A program made the position numbers and the translations under genes. From Eledone cirrhosa (lineage: Eukaryota), in NCBI GenBank assembly GCA_964016885.1, contig OZ024744.1:70742001-70806000 (forward strand): a stretch of 64,000 bases of DNA. Direction: 5' to 3'. The notes under the pieces are model-generated. The model saw only the letters and a list, made by a program, of their open reading frames with translations, was not told the origin of the DNA and ran no database searches. Every line of letters begins with the position of its first letter. The first letter of the stretch is position 1. This document shows positions 41,995 through 56,979 of the stretch, piece by piece.

Positions 41995-42623
41995 TATTAT
42001 TTCTACTTTTGGCATAAGGCCAGCAATTATCCCAGTGCATTACTGGTACTTTATTTTATCGACCCCGTAAGGATGAAAGGCAAAGTTAATCGCGGCGGGA
42101 TTTGAACTCAGATCATAAAGGGTCGTAACTCTGTGCTACAAAGTATGGTGTCCGTCCCTTTACCGACACCATGCTTATATATATATATAAGCTATTTAAA
42201 TTAAGTGGGGAGAAGAGATAACACGTTCGTCACAGATTATTAGGAAAATTAACAGAGAATGAATTTCTTAAAAGAAACCATTAACATTTTTTTTTTTTGT
42301 TTTTTTTTTGCATTTTTAAATAATAAAAATGCAAACGGCTGTTGAGATGGACTTTGGCAATTTCGACCCCTAACAATGGTACTACTGGTCCATCCTGGGT
42401 CGCAACGTCTGGCACAAGCCAAAAGCTGTCCAGTGGAATAAGAGACGAATGCCAACAACATTAATTTATAGCAATTAAGTTATAACAATTACACATAGAA
42501 TTTGTGTGATACCAGGGAAAGATGTGGTGCTTCTTATAGCACGAAAGTCTCGGGGATGGAAGAGAGGAAAAGGAAGAAAAAAAGAAGAAAGTATGATGTG
42601 TTAAAAATGTCAGCCATATTAAT

Positions 42624-42676
<53 letters not shown>

Positions 42677-42981
42677 CACATGTAAAGATTAAAAGTGAAA
42701 AAGCACAGAGATATATTTAAAGATTATTTTTCCTTAATCTAATATTTTTATTTTTCACACACACATACACACATACACACACGCACACGCACGCAAACAC
42801 ATATACACACACGCGCACGCACTCACACATGCACCCACGCACGCACACACTGAGGAAATCCTCAGTTGGTTTTGAATTACTGCTGTATCAAGGAAACTGG
42901 ATAGCACAGTGCTTCTCTCATCTTTACCAGGATCTATATTGGAAAACCCCAATATTACCACACACACACACGCACACGCAC

Positions 42982-43022
<41 letters not shown>

Positions 43023-43189
43023 CAGTCTTTCCACACTGAGCTTTTTGTTTCATAGATACCATTTGTTACTGAAAATTAGAAATACTTCCTGTAGAAGAGT
43101 ATATGTAAAACATGTTCAGAAAGACTTTACACTTGAAATTTATATCCAGGGAAAGACTTTATGCTCACATTGTATACACACCCGTCCCC

Positions 43190-43625
<436 letters not shown>

Positions 43626-43898
43626 CACACACATACACACACACACACACACATGTATATATATATATATATGTGTGTGTGTGTATATATGTGTATATAT
43701 ATATAATAGAAAAAACGTGGAAGTATCGTTTACATATGAAAAATACGCACGTTTGACCCATAGCATTGGCCCATAGGATTTATGGACCTGACTCCAGTAT
43801 CGATCTGCTCTTCAGACTGGTGATGCGACAAAATATATATTTTTGTTGAGGTATGTGGACTGATTCAAGAAACATAATATAATAATAATATATATATA

Positions 43899-44235
<337 letters not shown>

Positions 44236-44314
44236 TATATATATGTATATATATATATATATATATATAGTGACGAAACATAAGTCAATTGCATGAACTC
44301 ATAATCCTTTATTT

Positions 44315-44370
44315 ACTGCTATATATATTTCGATGATAGCCATTGAATGGTTGTGACCTCATCAGGCAGT
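44315..44370 (-). ncRNA. Minimal type I hammerhead ribozyme (copy of 16686-16741)
   Basis: Same core and stems; element spans 44270-44415 between (TA)n tracts. Confidence 0.82.
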
Positions 44371-44571
44371 TAGTCAGTTCTTAGATATGCCAGCTCTGTA
44401 TCAGACCCTTGGGACATATATATATATATATATATATAATTCGTTATATATATATATATTTATATATAATTCGTTATATATATATATATATATTTATATA
44501 TAATTCGTTTTTTATATATATATATATATATAAAAAATTATATATATATAAATATATATATATATAAAACG

Positions 44572-44668
<97 letters not shown>

Positions 44669-44937
44669 GTATCTTGGATCGACTGAGACACTGAGTTTCT
44701 TTTCCGGTGGTTAATTCATCCACAGTGAACCTGGGAGTCCTAGTCAACCCAGGATGCATAATGAATTTTACTCAACTACCAGTAATGAGTTCACCATCAG
44801 TAAATGTTTGTTGTTATTTATAATCCTATAAAATCAACAACTTCAACATTAACAAATACAACATACATACATACATACATACATACATACATAGACGCAT
44901 ATATGCATCCATATATACATATATACATATCCATATA

Positions 44938-45101
<164 letters not shown>

Positions 45102-45944
45102 AATACATACACATACGCATACATACATACAAACATATATGCATACATACATGCATACATACATACACACATACGTAAATACATACACACATACATACAT
45201 ACATACAAACATACATATTTATATAGATACATACTTATATACATATATACATGATGATAGCTGCCCCCTCGTTATCGAGTATGGCCATTGCACGATATAC
45301 CATTATTAATAATTATTAATTAATTCTATCGTGCAATGCCTGTGCGTGAAGATATTTTTTAAAGTGAGGAAAGACTGTGCACTGAGCCAATCCCACTCTC
45401 TGAGCGACAGTAGCTATAACCCGAAAAGAAGAAAAGATCAACATCATCGGTAACTACTGAGCCACAGGTTTTATATCGGAGTTATCCTAGTTTCCTGAGT
45501 TGCCTTCTCCTAGAAGAATGCCCTGACAAAGGCTAGGGTCCTTCACTCCCAGTGGTTTAACCGCGCGATGGAGTGTCCAGCCCGACTATTTCTATGTCCC
45601 CGCGCATATACATATACATGCACCCATATATATATACACATATACATATATATGTACATGCGTATATACATATTTACACACTTTTGGATGGCCGTTGACT
45701 CTTATGAGTTCTTCCGCCCTTTGTCAGGTTTTGTTTTTTGTCCTGCAGGATGTCCAAAATACTCCTCCTCACCAAGTAAACTTGGTGTGGTTGCCGGTTT
45801 AGTCGCCGACGACCCGACCATGCGACAGGTTGTACTGGGTTACATGTTACCAGTAGCACTCAAGAGTGACCCGACATGCAATACATACATATATACATAC
45901 ATATATACATACAAACATACATATTTATATAGATAGATAGATAT

Positions 45945-48900
45945 CTTACTTTATTTGCCACAGGGGCGTACAGAAATGGGATATTACAAGACGTGACGGC
46001 GGGGGTTTTACATAAAAATAACTTTAACATTAATAAATAACAATAATAACAATAAACTATAATAATAACAATAATAACTATAAAATAACAATTAAAATCC
46101 CCAATAGGGGGGAACGTTACTGCAAGGTTTTTACACCCCGTGGATAGAACAACTCTCAACACCAGGAACACGTTTTGTAGGTGTTCCTGTCTTCCCTCTG
46201 TTTATCTTCCTCAACCTACAGGTTTATATACAGAGAAGGCCCATTCACTGGGGCCATTTTCGCCACATTCACCTATCTTTCAGCGAATTTACTGGGGTGT
46301 AGCACCTCTCTCACCACTCTCACCTTCCTTCTGAAGTGATATTTAAAGAAGGGGATAAGTTGTTGTCCGGAGAGAAAGGTGTTTGCCCTCAGTCCTTTTA
46401 ACCTCGTTCACCATATTACCTCTTTCGCCATAACCACCAGACAGAGGAAAACCGCCTCTCCTTCGTTCTTAATTGAAGGCGACGGGGTGATCCTCACGAT
46501 GGACTCGGCTGACAACTGGATGCGTCCCATACGTGACAGTAGCTGTTCGACATAATTCCACAGGTCGGTCACCCCTGGGCACTGAACAATTGCGTGCAGA
46601 ACGGTTTCGATGTCCTGCTCACATCTTGGACAGGTCCTTTTGGCAGGATCTCTGCCAGGACGTTCGTGCCTGTAGATTTTGTCTCGAACTGGTAGAGCTC
46701 CTCAGTAACACTGCCAGGCCAGAGGCCTCTGGAAGTTATCCATAAGCCCTGGACAGAAAGTCCTCCCGAACAGACTGGTCAGTTCGTCCTCCTCGATGCC
46801 TAGAGTTTCCCCGAGAACACCGTCGCACTTATCCTCCACTAATCCCCTATAGAATGTCGAAGTGGAGTCTCCGCTGATCGCCGTTTCTGCTTGGTAGAGG
46901 GCTGTGAACGCCTGTAGGCACTCGAGGTGCCAGGCACCCATTTTCGGTCTTCGCTTGACCCAGGACTGCAGCTCCGTTAGTGAGACGAGTTGTGGAAGAG
47001 CTTGTCTCACAAACAACAGCCACACCGGTTCACCGGTAAGGAATACCTGGAGATGGCGTAGCCTCAGCGCGTGTTTGCGCATCATCAGCCACGGCATGCC
47101 CATCCCTCCGTTAGAAGGATGTTGACAGTAGATGGATCTCCTCACCAATGGAGCCTGTTTCTTCCAGAGGAACTTGAAGAGTAGGCGTTCCATTTTGGTA
47201 AGGTATTCGCGGGGGCAAAGCACGACTGTCAAATGGTAGTAGATGACGGACGCTATGTAAGTGTTCGCCACCCCCGCTCGACCTTTCATGGAGAGTTTGC
47301 ACTCAACCCACTTCTGGGTGAGTGCAAACACCTTCGCCGTGACCTCGTTCCAGTTCTTGTTCACCTGGAGGTCTGGACCAAACCAGATCCCGAGCAATTT
47401 CACCAGTCCTTCCATCCAGTGTCCAACGATTGTCGGAAGGCATGGGTTTGCCTCTCCATGTGCCGAGTTGCAAACTGACAGACTTGTTTGGGTTTAGTCT
47501 TGCTCCTGTCAACGTTTCGTATTCCTGTAATAGGTTGCCGATTACCCCGATTTCTGAGGTTTTCGACACCATTACAGTTATGACGTCGGCATAGGTCGAC
47601 GCTGCTTTCCGCAGTCCTGGTTCGATCGGGATGCCCTGCAACAGCTCCAACTTCCGCAGTAACAGCTCGAGAGTCAGTACATACAGAATGGAGGAGAGAG
47701 GGCATCCCTGACGGATGGAACGCATGATTTGGAATGGCTCTGATAGCTAGCCATTCACCTTGACTGCTGAGCAGATGCTGGTGTGCATGGCAGCGATCCA
47801 GCCTCTGAAGACGGGACCGAAGCCGGCCGCCTTGAGAACTGCTTCCAAGTATTGATGGTCGATCTTATCAAATGCCTTAGACTGATCTAAATTGATCAGA
47901 ACCCCACCCTACCCTCTCTATGATGTATCGCATGAGGTGGAGGTTGTTGTGTACGGACCTGGTCGGGATTGCACACGTTTGAGCTTCTCCTACCAGGTTC
48001 TCGACGACAAGACCCAGCCTCGTTGCTAACTCCTTGGCCAAAATCTTTAAATCTGTGTTGAGCAGAATTATGGGCCTGAAGTTGCTTATCTCATCCACTT
48101 TGTTCTCATCTTTCCTGATCAGCGTTATTACGCCTCTGCCTACAGAACTGGGAATCCTCCCGTTCTGCTGCCAGTTGCTGTAGACCGCTTCGAGGATGCC
48201 AGAGAACAAGTCTGGCATGCCTATGTAAAACTCATAGAGTAGACCATCTAAAGCAGGTGATTTGCGTTTCCCGCAGCGGCCTAGGGCATCTTCTATTTCG
48301 CCCGCTGTGATCGGCCTTTCGCAGCTCTCTGCATCCGTGCTCGAGAGTCGTGGTACGCTGTCGAGGTAGGAGCTGAAGTCCATCACCTCGCTCGATGTAC
48401 CGCTTTGCCCGAACGGTTGTGCAAAATGCTGCTGGAAGGCCGTGCACATCTGCTTGGATTCAAGTATAATGCGTCCATCTTTGTCTTGCAAAGACCGAAT
48501 TGTGGATTTGTTGCCACTTTTCTCCTCTGCCACTCGGGCCCAGCTAACAGCGTTGGCTCCCTAGTTTTTTAGAGCACGTGTTCTACTTCTGACAATACAA
48601 CCTTCGTGTTTCACGTTGAAAAACTGGTCTAGTGCCGTTCTCGCCGCTAGCACGTCAGCTGTACTGCCATTCCTAAGTTCCTCTTCTATTTTAGCTACCA
48701 GTTCCTTTTCATTTTTTTTCTTTCTAAAGCTACTTCCTTGCTAAATGCTATCGATTCTATTCTAATTGCTCTCTTGAGAGAGTTCCAGCACCTGTTGTTG
48801 ACGATCGCCCCCGTCAACTGGCTCTTAACTAAGGTGCTACTCCGTTTACTGTAGGCCTTACGAGCCGGGAGCGACATGTTTAGCTTCCAGTATCCGGGTC

Positions 48901-50230
48901 CCTGTCTATGTATTCTATCAAGGTTGACTACGCAGGTGACTAATTTGTGGTCTGAATAGGCAACCATGTGCATTTGTGGACAGCTTAATGTTTCCTTATT
49001 CTGTCTAATTAAAAATCTATCTAAATACGATCTAGAAGACCCAGTACGGTTGCTCCACGTCCACAGTGGTGCACTTAGGAAGTCTAGTCGATATTTATCA
49101 GCCAGTTGGAATTGGCTGATGAGATTTTTGAGGCTATTATACCCCCCCTCTATTAATACAAACTCCTACATAATCCCAAAGTGCGTCTAAGATTCCATTC
49201 CAGTCCCCCGCTAACACTAAGGAGCGAGACGTTCCCAGGAATGGCTTCAGACGCTTGAAGAACTCTGGTCGCGATGTCCCTGTTGGGGCATATACGGCCA
49301 CCAGTCTGAAAGCTCCACCTTGACTACCATTCACGTCCAGGACCACCAGACTGCCCTCCGGGTCCAAGTGAATCGTCTGTATTTTGAGATCCAAGATTTT
49401 TCGAAACAGAACAGCAACTCCTCCTCCGCCTCCTGGATTCGGTGATGGCTATCACATCTATACAGTGTGACCTGAGATCATTTAAAAGCTAGCCCTGTTT
49501 CCAGGACATGCCCAGGCCACGTACATTCAAACATCCAGCTTGTATAGTCGCCATGTTGATGAAGAAGAGTTAAGGAGAGAAAAGGCAGGAACACTTACCT
49601 TTTCGTTTCCTGGAGGTCGGGTTGTTCGATCTCCATGTCCAGATTGGTGGTGTTTGGGGATGGAGGGAATCCTTTTAGCAGGACACGGTTAAGGGGCTTT
49701 TGGCAAGGGGGGCCCACATCATGAAGGAAGTTCTCTTTTAAAGTTTCATACTGTAGGGTTGTTACCCTGATAAGTTTGAGGTTTGGGGTGGGTCGTTGGT
49801 GGGGAGGGTTTTCCCTTCCGTTTGCATTGTGGGGTCTTTTCGGACAGTTTCCACCAGTTCTTTGTTTCTTGTTTTTATGTATGTGTCATGTGTTTTGTTT
49901 TTTATGTGTACTGCTTCTGTTTTTAGTTTTCTTTTTGTGGTTGGGGTTTGTGATTGTGGTGGTGTGGGTGTTTGTTTTGTTGGTGAAGTGTCTGGTTGTG
50001 TTGGTGGTGATTGTGTTGTTGGTGTGTTTGTCGTTTGTGGCGGTGTGTTTATGGTGGGGTTGGGTGTGTGCGTGTTTTCTGTAGATGATTTTGTGTCTAT
50101 TTTGTCTCTTTTTTGTTTTTTTGGAATTTTTGGGTTCCTCTTCATTCTCACTTGGAGATGTAGAGGTTCCCGTGTCTGAGACTTCTGAATCAGGAGTAGA
50201 TGGGAGAGGTATGTTGTGTGGGGGAGTGTT
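45945..50230 (-). mobile_element. Tx1/L1-clade LINE, 5'-truncated in ORF1, decayed ORF2 (ATG at 49554)
   Basis: MATIQAGCLNVRGL, AVYAPT, GDWN, SDHK, GYWKLN, KSPALDGL, NFRPIILLNTDLKIL, RQGCPLS, YADV. Confidence 0.92.
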
Positions 50231-50679
50231 TGTGCAGGTGTTTGTGGAAGTATTTGACAGGGAGGGAGGAGGCAATAGACACATACATGCATATAATCGC
50301 ATATACATGTATAAATATATATGTGTGTACCTGTATGCGTGCTCTCTCTGTATACACATTATTTGAAATATGCGTGTATGTGTGTATGTTTGTGTGCATG
50401 TATGTATATTAAAGAATGGTTTCTGATTTAGGCACAAGGTCAACATTTTGGTGGGAGAGGAAAGTTGATTAAATCCAACCCAGTGCGTTATTGGTACTTT
50501 AACCGTAAGGATAAATGGCAAAGCTAATCTCGGTGGAACTTGAACTCAGATTGTTATGAGCTATAACTCTATGCCACAAAGCATTTTGTCCGACGCTCTA
50601 CCTTTTCTGCCAATCCACCGTGCATAACACACCGTATATAAGATCAAACAATTTAATGTAGATCTAAGTACGATTTTAG

Positions 50680-53600
50680 CTATAACTACAGATATATCTA
50701 GTTTTTAGATATGTCTACAGTTTTTAGATGTCTACAGTTTTTAGATATATCTACAGTTTTTAGATGTCTACAGTTTTTAGATATGTCTACAGTTTTTAGA
50801 TGTCTACAGTTGATATATATTTCTACAGTTTTTAGATGTCTACAGTTTTTAGATATGTCTACAGTTTTTAGATGTCTACAGTTTTTAGATGTCTACAGTT
50901 TTTAGATATGTCTACAGTTTTTAGATGTCTACAGTTTTTAGATATAACTACAGTTTTTAGATATATCTACAGTTTTAGGATATGTCTACAGTTTTTAGAT
51001 ATGTCTACTGTTTTTAGATATGTCTACAGTTTTTAGATATTTCTACAGTTTTTTAGATATATCTACAGTTTTTAGATGTCTACAGTTTTTAGATATGTCT
51101 ACTGTTTTTAGATGTCTACAGTTGATAAATTTGTCTACATTTTTTAGATGTCTACAGTTGATAGATATGTCTACAGTTTTTAGATATAACTACAGTTTTT
51201 AGATATGTCTACAGTTTTTAGATATGTCTACAGTTTTTAGATGTCTACAGTTGATAGATATGTCTACAGTTTTTAGATGTCTACAGTTGATAGATATGTC
51301 TACAGTTTTAAGATATAACTACAGTTTTTAGATATTTCTACAGTTTTTAGATATAACTACAGTTTTTAGATATGTCTACAGTTTATAGATATAACTACAG
51401 TTTTTAGATATGTCTACAGTTTTTAGATATATCTACAGTTTTTATATATAACTACAGTTTTTAGATATGTCTACAGTTTTTAGATATTTCTACAGTTTTT
51501 AGATATAACTACAGTTTTTAGATATTTCTACAGTTTTTAGATATAACTACAGTTTTTAGATGTCTACAGTTTTTAGATATAACTACAGTTTTTAGATATA
51601 TCTACAGTTTTTAGATATAACTACAGTTTTTAGATATATCTACAGTTTTTAGATATAACTACAGTTTTTAGATGTCTACAGTTGATAGATATATCTACAG
51701 TTTTTAGATGTCTACAGTTTTTAGATATGTCTACAGTTTTTAGATGTCTACAGTTTTTAGATATGTCTACAGTTTTTAGATGTCTACAGTTTTTAGATAT
51801 AACTACAGTTTTTAGATATGTCTACAGTTTTTAGATGTCTACTGTTTTTAGATATGTCTACAGTTTTTAGATGTCTACAGTTTTTAGATATGTCTACAGT
51901 TTTTATATATTTCTACAGTTTTTAGATGTCTACAGTTGATAGATATGTCTACAGTTTTTAGATATCTACAGTTTTTAGATATGTCTACAGTTTTTAGATA
52001 TAACTACAGTTTTTAGATGTCTACAGTTTTTAGATATAACTACAGTTTTTAGATATATCTACAGTTTTTAGATGTCTACAGTTTTTAGATGTAACTACAG
52101 TTTTTAGATATTTCTACAGTTTTTAGATATGTCTACAGTTTTTAGATATATCTACAGTTTTTAGATGTCTACAGTTTTTAGATATTTCTACAGTTTTTAG
52201 ATATGTCTACAGTTTTTAGATATATCTACAGTTTTTAGATGTCTACAGTTTTTAGATATAACTACAGTTTTTTAGATATATCTACAGTTTTTAGATATCT
52301 ACAGTTTTTAGATATATCTACAGTTTTTAGATATCTACAGTTTTTAGATATGTCTACAGTTTTTAGATATGTCTACAGTTTTTAGATATGTCTACAGTTT
52401 TTAGATATTTCTACAGTTTTTTAGATGTCTACAGTTTTTAGATATCTACAGTTTTTAGATATGTCTACAGTTTTTAGATATATCTAAAGTTTTTAGATGT
52501 CTACAGTTTTTAGATATAACTACAGTTTTTTAGATATATCTACAGTTTTTAGATATCTACAGTTTTTAGATATATCTACAGTTTTTAGATATTTCTACAG
52601 TTTTTAGATGTCTACAGTTTTTAGATATTTCTACAGTTTTTTAGATATAACTACAGTTTTTATATATCTACAGTTTTTAGATATATCTACAGTTTTTAGA
52701 TATAACTACAGTTTTTAGATGTCTACAGTTTTTAGATATAACTACAGTTTTTAGATATATCTACAGTTTTTAGATGTCTACAGTTTTTAGATATATCTAC
52801 AGTTTTTAGATATGTCTACAGTTTTTAGATGTCTACAGTTTTTAGATATGTCTACAGTTTTTAGATGTCTACAGTTTTTAGATGTCTACAGTTTTTAGAT
52901 ATGTCTACAGTTTTTAGATGTCTAGAGTTTTTAGATATAACTACAGTTTTTAGATATATCTACAGTTTTTAGATATGTCTACAGTTTTTATATATCTACA
53001 GTTGATAGATATGTCTACAGTTTTTAGATATAACTACAGTTTTTAGATATAACTACAGTTTTTAGATATAACTACAGTTTTTATATATCTACAGTTTTTA
53101 GATATAACTACAGTTTTTAGATATGTCTACAGTTTTTAGATGTCTACAGTTTTTAGATATAACTACAGTTCTTAGATATAACTACAGTTTTTAGATATAT
53201 CTACAGTTTTTAGATATGTCTACAGTTTTTAGATGTCTACAGTTTTTAGATATAACTACAGTTTTTAGATATAACTACAGTTTTTAGATATATCTACAGT
53301 TTTTAGATATAACTACAGTTTTTAGATATAACTACAGTTTTTAGATATAACTACAGTTTTTAGATATAACTACAGTTTTTAGATATAACTACAGTTTTTA
53401 GATATGTCTACAGTTTTTAGATATAACTACAGTTTTTAGATGTCTACAGTTTTTAGATATGTCTACAGTTTTTAGATATAACTACAGTTTTTAGATATGT
53501 CTACAGTTTTTAGATATAACTACAGTTTTTAGATATGTCTACAGTTTTTAGATATAACTACAGTTTTTAGATATAACTACAGTTTTTAGATATGTCTACA

Positions 53601-55405
53601 GTTTTTAGATATAACTACAGTTTTTAGATGTCTACAGTTGATAGATATAACTACAGTTTTTAGATATAACTACAGTTTTTAGATATAACTACAGTTTTTA
53701 GATATAACTACAGTTTTTAGATATGTCTACAGTTTTTAGATATAACTACAGTTTTTAGATGTCTACAGTTTTTAGATGTCTACAGTTTTTAGATATAACT
53801 ACAGTTTTTAGATATAACTACAGTTTTTAGATGTCTACAGTTTTTAGATATATCTACAGTTTTTAGATATAACTACAGTTTTTAGATATAACTACAGTTT
53901 TTAGATATAACTACAGTTTTTAGATATATCTACAGTTTTTAGATATAACTACAGTTTTTAGATATATCTACAGTTTTTAGATATAACTACAGTTTTTAGA
54001 AGTCTACAGTTTTTAGATGTCTACAGTTTTTAGATGTCTACAGTTTTTAGATATATCTACAGTTTTTAGATATAACTACAGTTTTTAGATATAACTACAG
54101 TTTTTAGATATAACTACAGTTTTTAGATGTCTACAGTTTTTAGATATAACTACAGTTTTTAGATATAACTACAGTTTTTAGATATGTCTACAGTTTTTAG
54201 ATGTCTACAGTTTTTAGATATAACTACAGTTTTTAGATATAACTACAGTTTTTAGATATATCTACAGTTTTTAGATATAACTACAGTTTTTAGATATATC
54301 TACAGTTTTTAGATATAACTACAGTTTTTAGATGTCTACAGTTTTTAGATGTCTACAGTTTTTAGATGTCTACAGTTTTTAGATATATCTACAGTTTTTA
54401 GATATAACTACAGTTTTTAGATATAACTACAGTTTTTAGATATAACTACAGTTTTTAGATGTCTACAGTTTTTAGATATAACTACAGTTTTTAGATATAA
54501 CTACAGTTTTTAGATATGTCTACAGTTTTTAGATGTCTACAGTTTTTAGATATAACTACAGTTTTTAGATATAACTACAGTTTTTAGATATGTCTACAGT
54601 TTTTAGATGTCTACAGTTTTTAGATATAACTACAGTTTTTAGATATAACTACAGTTTTTAGATATAACTACAGTTTTTAGATATAACTACAGTTTTTAGA
54701 TATGTCTACAGTTTTTAGATATAACTACAGTTTTTAGATGTCTACAGTTTTTAGATATAACTACAGTTTTTAGATATAACTACAGTTTTTAGATATAACT
54801 ACAGTTTTTAGATATAACTACAGTTTTTAGATATGTCTACAGTTTTTAGATATAACTACAGTTTTTAGATATATCTACAGTTTTTAGATATAACTACAGT
54901 TTTTAGATGTCTACAGTTTTTAGATATATCTACAGTTTTTAGATATAACTACAGTTTTTAGATGTCTACAGTTTTTAGATATATCTACAGTTTTTAGATA
55001 TAACTACAGTTTTTAGATATAACTACAGTTTTTAGATATAACTACAGTTTTTAGATATGTCTACAGTTTTTAGATATAACTACAGTTTTTAGATATAACT
55101 ACAGTTTTTAGATATAACTACAGTTTTTAGATATAACTACAGTTTTTAGATATAACTACAGTTTTTAGATATAACTACAGTTTTTAGATGTCTACAGTTT
55201 TTAGATATAACTACAGTTTTTAGATGTCTACAGTTTTTAGATATAACTACAGTTTTTAGATGTCTACAGTTTTTAGATATAACTACAGTTTTTAAATATG
55301 TCTACAGTTTTTAGATATATCTACAGTTTTTAGATATAACTACAGTTTTTAGATGTCTACAGTTTTTAGATATAACTACAGTTTTTAAATATGTCTACAG
55401 TTTTT
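50680..55405. repeat. ~4.7-kb satellite of interspersed 17- and 19-bp units (GATGTCTACAGTTTTTA / GATAT(GT,AT,AA)CTACAGTTTTTA)
   Basis: Roughly 250 tandem units with a constant CTACAGTTTTTAGAT core. Confidence 0.97.
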
Positions 55406-55450
55406 TTTTTATTTATCAAACGACAAGTGCTCCCACGATTCTATCTACAG

Positions 55451-55573
55451 TGGAACCTTATAGTATGATGAAGAACATAACTGATCTAATTTGCATGACG
55501 GACATTCGTTTGACTATGGACATGAACCTCGAACAAGATGGTTGGATAACATCCGTGAGCTTCGCTGGTCTCT
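55451..55573 (+). CDS. Possible isolated 123-bp host exon ([40 protein letters not shown]), product unknown
   Basis: Unique sequence, CTACAG| acceptor, |GTATGT donor, length divisible by 3, open frame. No homology recognised. Confidence 0.3.
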
Positions 55574-55650
55574 GTATGTGTGCTGTGTGCTGTGTGCTGT
55601 GTGTGTGTGGGGGGGGGGGGGAGCGTGTATATATATATATATATATACAT

Positions 55651-55679
<29 letters not shown>

Positions 55680-55682
<3 letters not shown>

Positions 55683-56667
55683 AAGTATGTATACGTACAT
55701 ACATATATGTATACAGACGTACAGTAGTATGTATATATATATACATACATGCACACACATATATATATATATGTACGTATGGGTTTACCGAACATTTATT
55801 ATAATGCTCGGTTTGTTTGTAAACAAACAAACATCCCGAATTAAGCCGTACAGTGTTTAGCAACCATCGTTGCTCTTTTGTTCAATATTGACAAAGGAAC
55901 GATGTACTAGTTTCAAGCTTATTAGCTATCGTCAGCACCGTATACCTTCCTGCCAGATGATTGAACTTCTGAAAGTCTAAACTTTCCTTATGCATATTAA
56001 CAGCTGAGTAGCCTAATTTGCATATCGAATGAGTTAGCCGGCTGGGCGCACCGAAAACGATAAATGGAAAAAATGAAACGAAATTTCATTTCAATTCTCA
56101 CTCTTAGTGCGGCTGTTACTTAAATGTAAGTATGTATACGTACATACATATATGTATACAGACGTACAGTAGTATGTATATATATACATACATGCACACA
56201 CATATATATATATGCACGTATGGGTTTACCGAGCATTTATTATAATGCTCGGTTTGTTTGTAAACAAACATCCCGAATTAAGCCGTACAGTGTTTAGCAA
56301 CCATCGTTGCCCTTTTGTTCAACACTGACAAAGAAACGATGTACTAGTTTCAAGCTTATTAGCTATCGTCAGCAACGTATACCTTCCTGCCAGATGATTG
56401 AACGTCTGAAAGTATATACTTTCCTTATGCATATTAACGGCTCGGTAAAACCATACGTATATATATATATGTGTGCATGTATGTATGTATATACATACTA
56501 CTGTACGTCTGTATACATATATATATATATATGTACGTATACATACTTATATTTAAGTAACAGCCGTACTAAGAGTGAGAATTGAAATGAAATTTCGTTT
56601 CATTTTTTCCATTTATCGTTTTCGGTGCGCCCGGCCGATTAACTCACTCGATATGCAAATTAGGCTT
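55680..56667 (-). mobile_element. Retrozyme/pLTR-like ~437-bp tandem units with terminal inversion (56445-56667)
   Basis: Unit is repeated (HHRs at 55899 and 56336), then the reverse complement of ~56011-56230 follows. Confidence 0.8.
55899..55941 (-). ncRNA. Minimal type I hammerhead ribozyme (also 56336-56378 and 63450-63492)
   Basis: Minus: ACGGTG-CTGACGA-tAGCTaataAGCTt-GAAA-CTAG-TA-CATCGT; palindromic stem III loop. Confidence 0.88.
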
Positions 56668-56929
56668 CATATATAATAAAATAAAACAAGGACGAGTGGT
56701 TACTCCTTCATAACGTTTATTAGTTGGTGACGCGCGTTTCGCTATTAATCGCTCCTATACAGGAAACTGACTTGCTGATATGCAAATCTGGCTAACCAGT
56801 GGATCTGCTAATATGCAGATCTGACTGATCAGCCAATCTGCTAATATGCAAATCAGGCCGATCAGTCACTGTATATTTCAGAAAATATAATATATCTTCA
56901 CTAGCTCTAACAGTTGACAGGTGAACAGT

Positions 56930-56979
56930 GAGCTGTACTGATGAAGAGTAATACCCAGAAACATTAGTGTCTGCAGTTC
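56930..56979 (+). ncRNA. Type I hammerhead ribozyme (family of 26936) in element 56672-57140
   Basis: GAGCTGTA-CTGATGA-agagtaataccca-GAAA-CATTAGTG-TC-TGCAGTTC. Confidence 0.85.

Noticed and set aside
43740-43822. Minus-strand CTGAAGA ... AAA-CGTGCG-TA as hammerhead
   Set aside because: GAAA is imperfect and no stem I pairing exists.
45780-45880. HDV-like or twister ribozyme in the RTE-type leader
   Set aside because: I could not assemble the required pseudoknot pairings by eye.
50680-55405. CRISPR-like or telomeric array
   Set aside because: No unique spacers, no cas genes, eukaryotic context, and the unit is not a telomere repeat.
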